DNA of 64,000 nucleotides from Octopus bimaculoides. Taxonomy: Eukaryota. Every line of letters starts with the position of its first letter. Position 1 is the first letter of the stretch. The notes beneath the pieces were generated by a model. That model was not told the DNA's origin. It saw only the letters and a program-made list of their open reading frames with translations, and did no database searches. Positions 11,091 through 23,445 of the stretch are shown piece by piece. The stretch spans positions 4,107,554-4,171,553 of the forward strand of contig NC_068986.1 of the NCBI RefSeq assembly GCF_001194135.2. The letters run 5' to 3'. A program made the position numbers and the translations under genes.

Positions 11091-12517
11091 TAACAACAAA
11101 ATAGATGAGGACAAATATCCGTCAAATGTAAATAATGTAATTAACTATATTTCTTCATTCACACACAGAGTCTCTCTGTCTCTTCCTTTCTCTCCCTCAT
11201 TCTTTCTCGCCTAATTTTCCGTCCTAACTCTCCACATCTCTCTCTCATTGCATATATTTCCCCATTTGTCTCTCCCTACTCTCCATTGAATCCTAAGAGC
11301 AGGAAACGTTATAATTTGCAATCTTCAGCACAAATTTATTGACATTCTCCAAATTTTCCTTCGGATTAATTCTTCCTGACTCAAACCTTACTAGACTTTT
11401 GGACTTTGTACAGATTAAAAATTCCATATGTTTTACCGTCGCTATTGCACTTTTCATACTTGATCAACTTCAGAAACCGCCTAAGCCAGTTGAAAAGACA
11501 AAACGTTGAGTTTAACACGCTTCAACGCTTTGCTCAAAGGTTGCCAGCCTTGACTTCACATTTATATATTCTAGGATTTATAAAATAGGTATCAGTAATA
11601 TATTATCCTTAATCCAAACATACGACTGAACAAAGCAAATTAGTGTTTTCAAGATACATCAATGTCTTTATTTTCGCATATACCGTTTCAAAAACAGAAT
11701 TATTGTAGCTTTTAAATTAGTTTGGTCACGCCATTGTAGTCTTTTGACAGTCATTTAAAGATCATATGATGCATTACGAGGGAGTGCTGAAATGTTCTTG
11801 GTCTTAAGAGTATCGCGACAAACCTGTTGGAAACCCAACCTTCCGAGTTCTTTTTCAGAGCTTAGAAAGACTGAAGGGCCGCTGCAATAAGCGTGTGAAT
11901 CTGGGAGAGGGAATATGTTGAATAAAATCATAACTGATCCTCCTGTATTTTCTTTGACCCAAAGCAAGGAACTTTTCAGCACCCCTCGTAGGTGTTTGCC
12001 GTGCCAGCTTGTTATACCAGTAAATTTATTTCAAGTGTCACCATACGATCTTTACAATAAGAAGAAACTTTGGATAATATAATTCTCGATAGATAATGCC
12101 CCCAAAAGATGAGACAGCTACAACTGGAATGTATTTTGCTTATCGGTATACTGGACCAGAAGTGACCTAGATCAAAACAACATCAACAACAAAAACAACA
12201 TCAACACACACTATTCTTCTGATACAGTAAATTTATGAATTGCATTTTCAAAGCTAGATTCTTGTCCAAGAAAAGTTTTTTGAATGTCTTTCTACGCTAT
12301 GCTAGAAAGAGCTACATTTTTCAACTTCTGAATCGTAAAATTAAAGATGATTATAAAATAACTGTACATACTGCATTTGGATGTAAATGTTTTCAACATA
12401 TCCGGTATTGGACAACTGCTTTCAAGCAAACATTTGATCTGCCTGAAAAGAAAATATACAAAATAAACAGTATAAATACTATATGTCGTTGTAAAAAAAA
12501 CCTACTTAATTTGCAAA

Positions 12518-13724
12518 TATGAGGTGGGGCTGAATAGTTTATAGGCTGACTATGAAGAAGTGATGCTAGAGGTATGAAATCTTGCAAGCATTAATTTCAA
12601 CTCCGCTTATTATTTAACTGCTTTGTTTCTCTCCAGGTAAACTCACATCTGACTGTTCGAAGATATCCCGAAAGGATAAAAGGCAAAGTAACTAGTAGTG
12701 ACTTCTCTTGAAAATGGATAAAATTTGGCATCATGGTGTTATGTACCTGCAGAGAAACGGTTTAGCCCACAAGGACATTCATGCTAATATGGTTGCAACA
12801 TTAAGGGGTGACGCTTCAGCTTTATCGACAGTGCAAAAGTGGGCAGCTGAATTTAGGAGGGAAAGGGAGAGTCTAGAAGATGACCGAAGGCCTGGGTATC
12901 CTGAAACTGCCACCACCGAGGAAGACTTTGATCGTGTTCATCACATGGTGATGGATGACAGGCAGTTGACTATAAATCAAATAGCCAATGTTATCAGCAT
13001 ATCCTGTCAGAAAGTTGAGAATATTCTGCATGACGAAGGTTTCTGCGTGGTGGGTTCCACGTCTTCTGACACCTGATAAAAAGCGTACAAGATTGATCAC
13101 ATCACGGGGAAAATTTGAAGCAGATCCAGCTCCTTCAATGTCCCTTTAACCCAAGGTAAATGTTGGTTTCGTCACTCTCAACCAAAGACAAAAAGATAAT
13201 TCAAGCAATAGAAACACTCCTCCCCGCCTGCTTCAAAGAAGGCTATGGTCATTTCCTTTGCAAGGAAGCTGATGGCTTCGGTTTTTAGGGATGCAAAAAA
13301 CATTGTGTTCATTGACTATCTTTAAAAGGGCCACGCTATCAATAGAGATAAATCGAGATCAAACACCCAATTAAACTGACGAAAGGGCTCTTGTTTCATC
13401 AGGCAATGCTCTAACACACAAGTTCTTAGTTTCAATGACTGCAGTGCGTAACTATGGCTTTCAACTGGTTGATCAACCTCATCTAACTACCATATGTTCC
13501 CCAACATGAAAAAGTACATGCTGGGAACCAGTATCGCAGTGGTGACATCATATCTGTTGTTGATGACTTTTTTTACCAACAGGATGAAAACTTCTTTGCC
13601 AATAGGATCGAAGCACTACAACACCGATGGAAGAAGTATGCCGACAGTGAAGGGAAGTATATTGAAAAATAATCCTCATTTGGTCACACATTCCAGCCTA
13701 TGAACTTTTAAGCCAACACTCGTA
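12518..13724 (+). mobile_element. Near full-length decayed mariner (Tc1/mariner) transposon
   Basis: Imperfect TIRs tatgaggtggggctgaatagtttataggctg / cagcctatgaacttttaagccaacactcgta; HTH (STVQKWAAEFRRERESLEDDRRPG), WWVPRLLT, FPNMKK and GIEALQHRWKK motifs across frameshifts. Confidence 0.9.
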
Positions 13725-14029
13725 TATACAAACACGCTAAGAGATTTAATTTGCTCATAGAAACACTTACCTACAGACGGTTGCTTTATTTATGCAATTG
13801 TCTTTTATAGTGCCCAGGCAATTAGAGTAAACAACGGTTGCAGCTACAAATGAAAAGAAAAACAAATTAGAGAACAGAATATATATTTGTTTTAAATATA
13901 TAATTTGGGGTTTATTAGAAGATATGCTAAAATCAAATTAACATAGTGTTTGTAGAAATAAAAGCAACAACAAATTTGACAATGATTACGATAAAAGAGT
14001 ACAGCTAACCGTCTCTCGCAAGCGAGTGT

Positions 14030-14290
14030 GGTTTAGTAACACGTATACGCTTTTACATATTGTTTTAGGTGCTTATGTTGTAGCGGGCCAACACCCTCTC
14101 GATCGCATAGATCTTGACCCAACTGCACATCAAGCATGTGACTACTAGTCGGAGGGAGGGCTACTCTAGTACATGGCAGGTGGAGCGGCATGAAATAATG
14201 CACTTCACTCAAAAATATGTCCAGGATCTGAGCCCACAAGATTATGGTCATGAACAGAACACCTTAACCAGTTGAGCACGAACCATCATA
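14030..14290 (-). mobile_element. Old tRNA-derived SINE remnant
   Basis: Minus strand gctcaactggttaaggtgttctgttcatgacc..ctcagatcctgg..ttttgagtgaagtgcattatttc resembles the other SINE heads in the window. Confidence 0.4.
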
Positions 14291-14639
14291 TCGGAGTATA
14301 AAGCGAAATTGCCCATAGATACAACACTTCAGGAAAAGCTATAAGCGTAGATTTTTACCTTAACTACTTGTGCACACTTTGACTCACAGTAACACTATCC
14401 TTTGTTGAACAAAATAATTTGAGCAAACATTATAGTCAAGCAAGGTTTTATTATTTTTCATTGTATATAAATTTCTAAGCATACTTTTTAAAAAGCACAA
14501 ATTTGTTAGCTGCGATATTTTTATCGGTTTTGAGTCAAAGCGAGGCTATGCTGTCGCTCAAAACATTGATGTGATGCAGAAAAAGTTTGGCGAAAAGTTC
14601 GTCAAAAACACGTGTCAGATCTAACTCAACGAAAATTGT

Positions 14640-15092
14640 GTTCTCCGGCGTAATGGTTTAAAATTTTGGCTCAAGGTCAGCAATTTTAGAGGAAGGGTAA
14701 GTCGATTTCATCAACTCCAGTGCTCAACCGGTACTTCATTTCATTGATCCAAAAGGATGGAAGGCAAAATTGACCTCGGCGGAATTTCAATTCAAAACAC
14801 AATGATCCCGAAGAAATGCCGCTAAGTTTGTTTTTGTTCTGTGCGTAACGATTCTATAAGCTGAGCACCTCGATGATGATCCGTTCTACTATAGGTACAA
14901 GGCCTGAAATTTCAGAGAATGGGGCTAGTCGATAACATTGACCCAAGTGTTTAAATGGTGCTTATTTTATCAACCCCGAAAGGATAAAAGGCAAAGTCAA
15001 ACTCGGCGGAATTTGAACTGAAAAAATAAAGACGGACAAAATGCCGTTAAGCATTTTGTCCGGCGTGCTGACGATACTACTAACTCGCCACC
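14640..15092 (-). mobile_element. Two tandem SINE family A copies
   Basis: gtcgatttcatc..aaggcaaa.tgacctcggcggaattt..aaatgccg.taag repeated twice. Confidence 0.85.
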
Positions 15093-15099
15093 TTGATGA

Positions 15100-15535
15100 G
15101 AAAAAAGAAAAGGAAGAAGGAGAAAAAGGAAGGAGAAAAAGGAAGGAGAAAAGGAAGTGGAAAAGAAAGAAGAAAAGGAAGGAGAAAAAGGAGAAAATGA
15201 AAAGAAAAAAGAAAACAGAAAGAGAAAAGAGAAACGAAAGAGAAAAGAAAAAGAAAAGCAAAGAAGAGAAAGAGAAAAAAGAGAAAAAGAAGAGAAAGAG
15301 AAAAAGAGAAAGAGAAAAAGAAAAGAGAAAAAGAAAGAGAAAGAGAAAGAGAAAAGAAAGAGAAAAAGAAAGAGAAAAAAAGAAAGAAGAAAAATAAAAA
15401 TAAAAATAAAAAGAAAAATAAAAAGAAAAAGAAAAAGAAGAAAAATAAAAAGAAGAAAAAGAAAAAGAAAAAGAAAAAGAAGAAAAATAAAAAGAAGAAA
15501 AGAAAGAAGAGAAAGAAGAAGAAAAAGAAGAAGGT
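15100..15535. repeat. Polypurine (GAAAA/GAAAAA)n tract
   Basis: ~430 nt of almost pure A/G; the K/R/E-rich ORFs are artefacts. Confidence 0.95.
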
Positions 15536-15624
15536 TATTTGTTTTAGCTTTGATCTAACTTTCTGTAGTCCTACGGAAAGTCAAACGTGCACTATGAGCT
15601 GAGAAAGAATGGACCTCGCACTAT

Positions 15625-16290
15625 TCGCTATAACAGAGCCTGAAATAGAGAGAGTGTTTGAGACTGTGGAGCAAGGATATAGATATGGAATTCGGTATCT
15701 CGAAGTGTGAGGTGCTCAAATTGAAACGGGGGAAAAGAGCAAATTGTAAGGACATAGGATTGCCAAAAGGAGAGCGAATAGAAGACCCGGATGTGATGGG
15801 TACAAGTACTCGGGATCCTAGAGCTGGACAATATCTTGCACGGAGAAATGAAAGACAAGGTCATCACTGCATATTTGAAGCGCCTCAAACTTCTCATGAA
15901 GTCGAAACTCAAATCAAGAAACCTTGTGACTGCAACGACCATATGGTTGTTGCTGTAGTCCGCTATAGTGCACCTATCCTGAAATGGACACGTGCGGAGA
16001 TTAACCAGCTCCATCGCACTACCCGAGACCTTCACTGGCTACTATGCCGGAAGTGTGGATACGAATTAACGGGTGCTTAGTGCCAACATACACCGGAAAA
16101 AAACATCTGGAAACTTTAGAAATATGAGATAATTGCAGAAATCGGCATTATCTGGAATTTCACGCATATTGCGTAAAGTACTGTGTCTGAGGTCCTTGTT
16201 GTGACTTCACAGACAATACAACCCTCCACCCTTGGTGCACACAATATCTTCAACCAACAACATCACAGTATTGGATATTGTGCGACATCT
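15625..16290 (+). pseudogene. R4/Dong-type LINE fragment with internal deletion
   Basis: SKDIDMEFGISKCEVLKLKRGK, AVVRYSAPILKWT and a 3' REL/UTR-like end. Confidence 0.75.
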
Positions 16291-16309
16291 TAAATGACAA
16301 TTCTTTCTA

Positions 16310-16510
16310 CTAAAGGCACCAAGCCCGAGAAAAGAGGGAGGGGACTAGTCGATTACATCGAACCTAGTACGCAATTGGTACCTAATTTACCAACCCCAAA
16401 AGATAAAGGCAAAGTCGACCTCGGCGTAATTTGAAGTGGGGATGTTAAGACGGATGAAATGCCGTTAAGTATTTTTCCCGGTGTGCTAACGGTTCTGCCA
16501 GCACGCTGCC

Positions 16511-16512
<2 letters not shown>
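16310..16512 (-). mobile_element. SINE family A
   Basis: gggactagtcgattacatcg..aaagtcgacctcggcg..gctaacggttctgccagc. Confidence 0.85.
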
Positions 16513-16545
<33 letters not shown>

Positions 16546-16550
<5 letters not shown>

Positions 16551-16987
16551 GATGGGCTACGGCAAATATTCTGTTGCGTAACACACATTTGCTTGTCAGT
16601 TGCTTGACCTTAACCAGTTGAGCATGTCTCAGTGGCTGACGATATGTGCATCTCTGATCATGAGCAGGCGTAGTGGAAGTGCATTATAGCCATGTGCTGA
16701 GAGGGATTCTTTGGGATTTGAATTATTCACCTCTGGAAACATGGACGTTTTGTTCATCATCCTTAAAAAAAACTCATTCAGCAACTTTTTGAGCGGGTTG
16801 GGCTACTCAACCTGAAGAAAATTCTAACTGGGCCCTACCTCCAAGGTCTATCATATATCGCACACATATGGTTGTCATGCATCTACCTGGTGTACCCTTA
16901 TCAGACTAGTAGTCATGAGGAAAATATTGGACTTCACATATTTGGACCCCAGTGTCACTTTGATAAAACGCATTGATCTCTCACTCA
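16546..16987 (+). mobile_element. ~555-bp element copy 3, 5'-truncated
   Basis: Starts at ataaagatgggctac (about 85 nt into the element); 3' end ctctcactca-ataat intact. Confidence 0.85.
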
Positions 16988-17019
16988 ATAATAAAAATAA
17001 AAATAATAACAATCCTTTC

Positions 17020-17540
17020 TATTATAGGCACAAGTAATTTTGTGGGAAGGGGACTAGTCGATTACATCGGCCCCAGTGTTTCACTGGTATTGATTTTATC
17101 GACCCCGAAAAGATGTAAAACAAAGTCGATCTCGGTGATATTTGAAATCAGAACTTAAAGACGAACCAAATGCCGTTAAGCATTTCGTCCGGCATGCAAA
17201 CGTTTCTGCCAGCTCACTGCGTTAGCAACAACAACAATAATAATATTAATAATCTTTTCAATATAATCTTTTACATTGAAAGATCATATTTACCTTGAAA
17301 ATAGAGTGATTGGGGAAATTATGCAATTGGAAAAACTAATCCCCGCCATTGATGATAATAACTGTCTTGAACATGGGTACAAAGTTTGAAATTAAATTTG
17401 GTGGGAAAGGGTTAGTCAATCAAATCAACTCCAGTATTTGTTTTGTACTTCATCTTATAGGTCTTGGAATAATGAAAGATACAGCTGACCACAACTGGAT
17501 TTCAACTCAAAACTTAGAGAGCCTTGCCATTATCGATTGA
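17020..17540 (-). mobile_element. Two SINE family A copies (~17020-17225; diverged ~17360-17540)
   Basis: Same conserved blocks as the other copies. Confidence 0.75.
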
Positions 17541-18619
17541 TGTTGATGATATATAGCACCATTCGACCGTTTGTTCTTCATAATGATGTTTTTAGGTTAC
17601 TCAGAAATCAAGCTAAAAATATATAACTAGCGTATAAATAAGAAAAGAAAACAAATCGACTCACTTAACTTGAAACGAATAAAACTGTAAGATTAAATAA
17701 ACTTTGACCGTTGTCTGGAATTAACTAGAAGGATTCTCAGTTAGGAAGTTTTAGTATAGCATTTCTAAATGAAACAGCAAAATTCAGAAAAATAGTGTTT
17801 CTGAGAGAAAAGAAAATGGTGACAATGAAATTGATTTTAAAGTAGATGCTTACATTTGTAAGCTGTTAGCTTCAGACCTTTTAAACGCATAAAGAACATT
17901 TCCATAATGGCACAAGAACATGCAGGAGTGATGATATGAAATCCCACCACCTTGAAGAAATCGACCAAATAAGAATACTGTGGAAAAGGTACAAAATCAC
18001 GCTGATGCTCCAGCATGACCGAAGCTAGAAGGCTGAAACAAAAGAGATGCATGCTTAAAAATTATCTTCAATGCAAGCGACTCGAAATCTGCTTCCTAAG
18101 ACTTCGACAATGATTCTCAAAAAATTTTAAAAGTGACAAAATTGCTCAGTTATAAAAGAAAGGCTGCAAGTAGCAACGAAAGAGCTTTACCAAACAAAAG
18201 CAAAACAAATGGTCTTCTGTTTAACCAAATCAAACAAACAATCGATTAGTTAGTAGGATATTTAGCCAACTGACTAATAATAAAGGAGTGGATTTGAACC
18301 AGTGCGTGTGTTAATAATATTTGCATAATGACTCTCCCTCGCCACAACAAAATTCATTCCTTTTTTTTTTTTTTCTGAAAAACAAATCAATTCAGTTTAA
18401 GAGACTTACTAGCAAGCAAAACCACAGCAATAACAATGAGCGACTTCATTTTGGATTTTCGTTCGAAGTATTTAGAACAAAGTTAATAAACTGTAACACT
18501 TCGTGTAGGCCTGGCCTCAAAACTTGGGTCTGCGAGATTGTTGGCAACACTATGTAGACGCTCACAAAGTTTTCCTGAGTTATAATGACAGGTTTTATAT
18601 TGGGAGGTGTCGCAAGAGA

Positions 18620-18905
18620 ACAAAAGGACAGAGAAAGCGAGAGAGAAAGAGAGACAGATAGACAAAGAAAGAAAGAGAAAAAGAAAGAAAGAAAGAAAGA
18701 AAGAGGGTGGATAGAAAGGTGGAGAGAGAGGGAGAAAGGGGAGGAAGAGGTGGAGAAAAAGAGAGAGTGAGTGAGGGAGGGAGGGAGGGAGGGAGGGACA
18801 GACGGACGGATGGATCGAGAGAGAGAGAGGAAAGTGGAGATAAAGAAGGAGGGGGAGATGGAAGAAAGGAAAAGAGAGCCAGAAAGGGAAGGAGAGAGAG
18901 GAATA
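18620..18905. repeat. Polypurine GA-rich tract
   Basis: Directly visible. Confidence 0.9.
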
Positions 18906-19164
18906 CAGTGGGTACGGAGGAACAAGATTAATTGTCCCTAGTTCAATATTCTAAATGCATTCATGTTCCATTTCGTTGAACCAAAACAAATAATACGTAT
19001 TAACTAAACACTATTCTTTCTTGCTAATGCAATACTTTGTTTACAAGACTTAAGTAATATGTATGTATGTGTGTGTGTTTGTATAGTATATGTTGCATAT
19101 ATGTATTCATACGTACATATACACATGTAAACACACACAAATATATGTGTGCATATAATATTAT

Positions 19165-19410
19165 TTGTTGTTGTTGGCACTCCGTCGCTTACGACGACGA
19201 GTGTTCCAGTTGATCCGATCAACGGAACAGCCTGCTCGTGAAATTAACGTGCAAGTGGCTGAGCACATCACAGACACGTGTACCCTTAACATAGTTCTCG
19301 GGGATATTCAGCGTGACACAGTGGGACAAGGCTGACCCTTTGAATTACAGGCATAACAGAAGCAAGAAGTAAGAGTGAGAGAAAGTTGTGGTGAAAGAGT
19401 ACAGGAATAT
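19165..19410 (-). mobile_element. SINE family B, 3' part
   Basis: Reverse complement of 54150-54390 (ggcactccgtcgcttacgacgacgagtgttccagttgatccgatcaacggaacagcctgctcgtg). Confidence 0.9.
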
Positions 19411-20454
19411 TCTATACCAGAACACTTCTTCAAAAATCAAAAACTTTATGAATTGTATTCAACAATTTCATGTCTCTGTTCTACTAACTTTTATCTGTAT
19501 ATTTGAATCATATTGCTATTAAATGCAATTGCATTCACTAAAAGCATCAGCATACACATGCTCAGTTTTTCTTATTTCGTTCGTTGGTCTTACAACAAAT
19601 GTAGATTTTGTTGTAAGGATTCCTGAAGCAGATAACCTTCCTCGACTTTGACCCTCGAATGTTTAAATTATATGCATAGTAATATTGATCTTAAATTTTG
19701 GCACAAAGCCAACAGTTACGGGGGAGGGGTCAGTTGATTACATCTACCTCATTATTCAACTGGTACTTATTTTGGTGGACATTGGGAAAATGGCTGTAAC
19801 TTTTTTATTTTTTTTCGATAATGTGTTCTATATGTCACGGTCATGCGATTCCCCCTAAAAAAAATTTTGGACCACCCCCTCCCCTTCCCCACACACGGGG
19901 GAGGGGGGCGATTTTCATTTTTGACATTGAGTTCTACATGTTCAGGTCGTACGAATAGCCTTCTCGCAACTTATATGTGAAAATGAACGGCTTACATTTA
20001 TATACATACATAAAGATATATACATATATTTATATACACACACACATATATATATATATACATATTTATACACATATATACATACATATAAAGATATAAA
20101 TATATACATATATACCCACTCATATATACATACATACATACGTACACACATTTTAGCTCCGCAGAATTGGCAGATTGTTGACATGCAGCCTGTTTGAACG
20201 TCGGGGTGATTACTGTAGAGACAACCAAAAATGACTATATTCCTGCCCCAATAAATTTAGATGCATATATCTGAAGCATATAACACATTAATGAACTAGC
20301 CTGATTAAATGATTAATTAAAAAAAGGAAAGCAACTAAAAAGGAAAAGCAGAAAGCAAGTTAATTAAAGCTGAAAGAGAAAATTAATGATAAAAGTTAAA
20401 CTTACCCTAATTCGACAGCTTATTGAAAATAACTTTATTAAATATTTAATTAGT

Positions 20455-20600
20455 TGAAAGAATCGACCCCTGGACTAATTCTTTATACACCTGGCGCTTA
20501 TTCTATCGATAACTTCAGCCGAACCACTAAATTACAGGAACATAAACGCACCAATATCGGTTCCTACGCAACGGTGTTGGGGAACAGACACAGACACACT
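20455..20600 (-). mobile_element. SINE family C remnant
   Basis: ttattctatcga..gccgaaccactaa..ataaacgcaccaatatcgg matches 41370-41480. Confidence 0.6.
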
Positions 20601-21789
20601 GATATATGTATGGGATTACTGTGTACAACTCTACATCTCAGAGTGTGCTTCTTCTTTCGGATTTATGTTTTTTTTAATAACTGCCAAAAGAATACAAATC
20701 TAGATGTTCAGATAAGAAATCTTGTTTCTTTTTTCAACTTCGTACATCTAACACTTCTCTGCACAGACCATAATCCCCTTATTAGTTCTTTGCATTATTC
20801 TATCTATTTCATTACCTATGTAAACATAGCTAAAACATAATTTCGTCTTCCACGCTGTTATGTTTTAAAAACAAACTGAAGTTCCTTTTGTTATATGGAC
20901 TGTTGGATATGTTATTCGTCTGACGTTCCGTGTGTCACTGTGGTTCGTCTGAGTTCATTGTTTCATTGTTGTTGTCCTGTGTGACTGTCATAGTAAAATG
21001 TCATTGATATATATGGCGGACATGATTTTTGTTTATTTATAACGAACATTGGGTGAGTGCGTTCTTTGTATGTAATTGAATAATAAATGTAATAATTAAA
21101 TTGTACAACTCGTTGTGTTATCTCTGCGAGCCTCCCGAGGGAAATACAACACCTTTCATGTGCATTTACTATCGTCACTTATTCATTTATTCACTTTTGT
21201 CACATAGTCACTTATTTCTCTAATTTTGTCACAGATTGGGTGACCGAAAATTCTAAGATTTTTCAGTTCTATTTCGCTGTTATCAGCATTTGCTGTTTCA
21301 TTAAATTAATCCCAAAAGAATATTTTCTCCTTCGTGTTCTATCCTTGACCACCCTAACCCTGAACCCCCTCTCTCTCTCTCTCTCTCCCTCTCTCTGTTT
21401 CGATAACCACTTGCTTCTCCAACACTTCCCCATCCTCCACCCCACCTCCCTATATAAACTAGCTCACTCGGATTCTGCTACTTCATTTTAATAACTCTGT
21501 CAAAAGAATACAAATCCAGATGTTCTTCTCTAATTCTGCCATTTTGCGGTATGCCCACTTTCCCAACCCCGTCACCTGTACCGGAAGTCCCTATCCTCTG
21601 TCATCCTTTGGTTGTCTCCCATGAACGCTTCTAAAGGCTTCACTCCACCCCCACCCCTACTTAGGGTTTATCTCCTCCTATATAAGGTAGTGATCATGTA
21701 GCGCATAAAAATGATGGTGCAGCGTATGCCGGTTGAATTAAAGGCTACTGCTTGTTTATGAATTCTGCCAAATGCGAGCTTTATTTTCA

Positions 21790-23445
21790 GGTACATAATG
21801 CTGCTGTCCACCGTCCCAGGGTCTCACGTGCCCACACCTCCCACACCCTCAGGGTTGGCACTCTCAACGTCAGCACACTATGAGGTAAGTCTGGTGAGAT
21901 TGTTGAGATGCTTGAACAGAGATGTGTCGATTTGTGCTGCCTCCAAGAAGTAAGGTGGAGAGGAAGTTCTGCTAGGTTCCTCACAGGCAAAGAACACAGG
22001 TACAAGATTTTCTGGGCAGGGAACACTGACGGGGTCGGCGGTGTGGGAATACTTCTTGCGGAGAAATGGGTTGATTAGGTAATCTAGGTAGTCAGAGTAT
22101 GTAACAGAATACTTAAGATTAGATTAGTGCTTCATCATGGGTTAGCAACCATTATCTTGGCCTATGCCCCTCAGCCAGAGCTACCTGATGGACAAAAAGA
22201 CCAATTTTATGACATCCTCTTGCTGCTTACCTCGTTGACGAATGACAGGGACCTTCTCTTTGTGGCTGGTGACTTCAATGGACATGTTGGACAACATGCA
22301 GGGGGCTTCCATGACATACATGGAGGCTATGGTTTTGGTCCCCGCAATGAGGAGAGAACCAGGCGGCTGGAGTTCTGCGATGCAAATGATCTTATGGTTT
22401 GCAATACTAACTTCAGGAAACCTGCCAGTCACCTAGTCACCTACCGATCTGGTAGACACACTAACCAAATTGACTACATCCTTGCCAGGAAAAGGGAAAG
22501 ATAGCTGCTTATAAATGCCAAAACCTTCCCAGGCGAAGAATGTACCTCACAACATAGACTAGTAGTTAGCGACTTAAGGATCAGAAGACGAGAAGCATGG
22601 AGGAGAAGGGTCTGGAAGCTTAAAGATCTTGTGAATGAACAGAGATTTAGAGACGTATTACTCGAATCTTTTGATGAAATAGAGGGGGATATAGCATCAC
22701 ATGATGTGGAAGACAACTGGAGGTTTCTACAGGACATCCTGCTGAGGGTCACTGACCAGATCTGTGGATGGTGCAAAGTCTCCTCTCGACCCAAAGCAAC
22801 GTGGTGGTGGAATAGTGTTGTTGACAGAGCTATTAGGGAAAAGAAACAGGCTTGGAAGGACTGGAAGAATGGTAGTAGCAGGGAATTGTATCAGACTGCC
22901 AGAAGGGAAGCTAGGAGACAGGTTTATTTAGCCAGAGGGGAAGCAGATAAGGAAGAAAAATTGCCAATGTTCTGCGCTGTGAGGACCAAAGACTTGAGGT
23001 ATTTCGTGTTACAAGACAGTGTGTGAGAGAATTGTGATGTCAAAGAAATGTGTCCGCATAAATGATGGTTCGCTTGCATTAAACGAGGCTGCAAAGAGAG
23101 CGGTTTGGAGATTATGAAAGATTGTTAGATAGAAAGAATGAATGGGAGAAAAAGAGTCTGCCGAATACCGACCCAACAGGGGGAGCAGCTATCCGAATTG
23201 ACAATACTTTGGAATATAAAGCAATTAAAGGTATGAAGACAGGGAAAGTTCCTGGCCCATCAAGAATCACCGCAGAGATGCTCAAAATATCTGGCAGTGT
23301 CGGCAATAGCCTAGTCACCCGTATAGACAACTAGGTGATACATGAAGGAGTCATACCCATTGACTGGTGTAGCAGCACCATAGTCAACTGCTACAAAGGT
23401 AAAGGTGATGCTTTAGATACAAATAATTACAGAGGTATCAACCTG
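21790..23445 (+). pseudogene. RTE-clade LINE: AP endonuclease and start of RT, 3'-truncated
   Basis: LRVGTLNV, CCLQEVRWRG, AYAPQ, VAGDFNGHVG, QIDYIL, TSQHRLVVSD, KVPGPSRI and YKGKGDALDTNNYRGI motifs. Confidence 0.92.

Larger units (their letters stand above)
10268..11138 (+). pseudogene. Penelope-like element, right (inverted) arm with two internal deletions
   Basis: QEGLATGSPLSPIIVNIYMKYFENLALG matches the left arm in opposite orientation; sequence jumps at ~10590 and ~10840. Confidence 0.9.

Noticed and set aside
11400-11990. Non-repeat, CpG-containing stretch with plausible splice sites on both strands (e.g. minus-strand attccctctcccag|ATTCAC; plus-strand EYRDKPVGNPTFRVLFQSLERLK)
   Set aside because: No recognisable protein, stops in the linking frames, and the strand is ambiguous
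15041-15558. Long K/R/E-rich ORFs
   Set aside because: Translation of a polypurine tract
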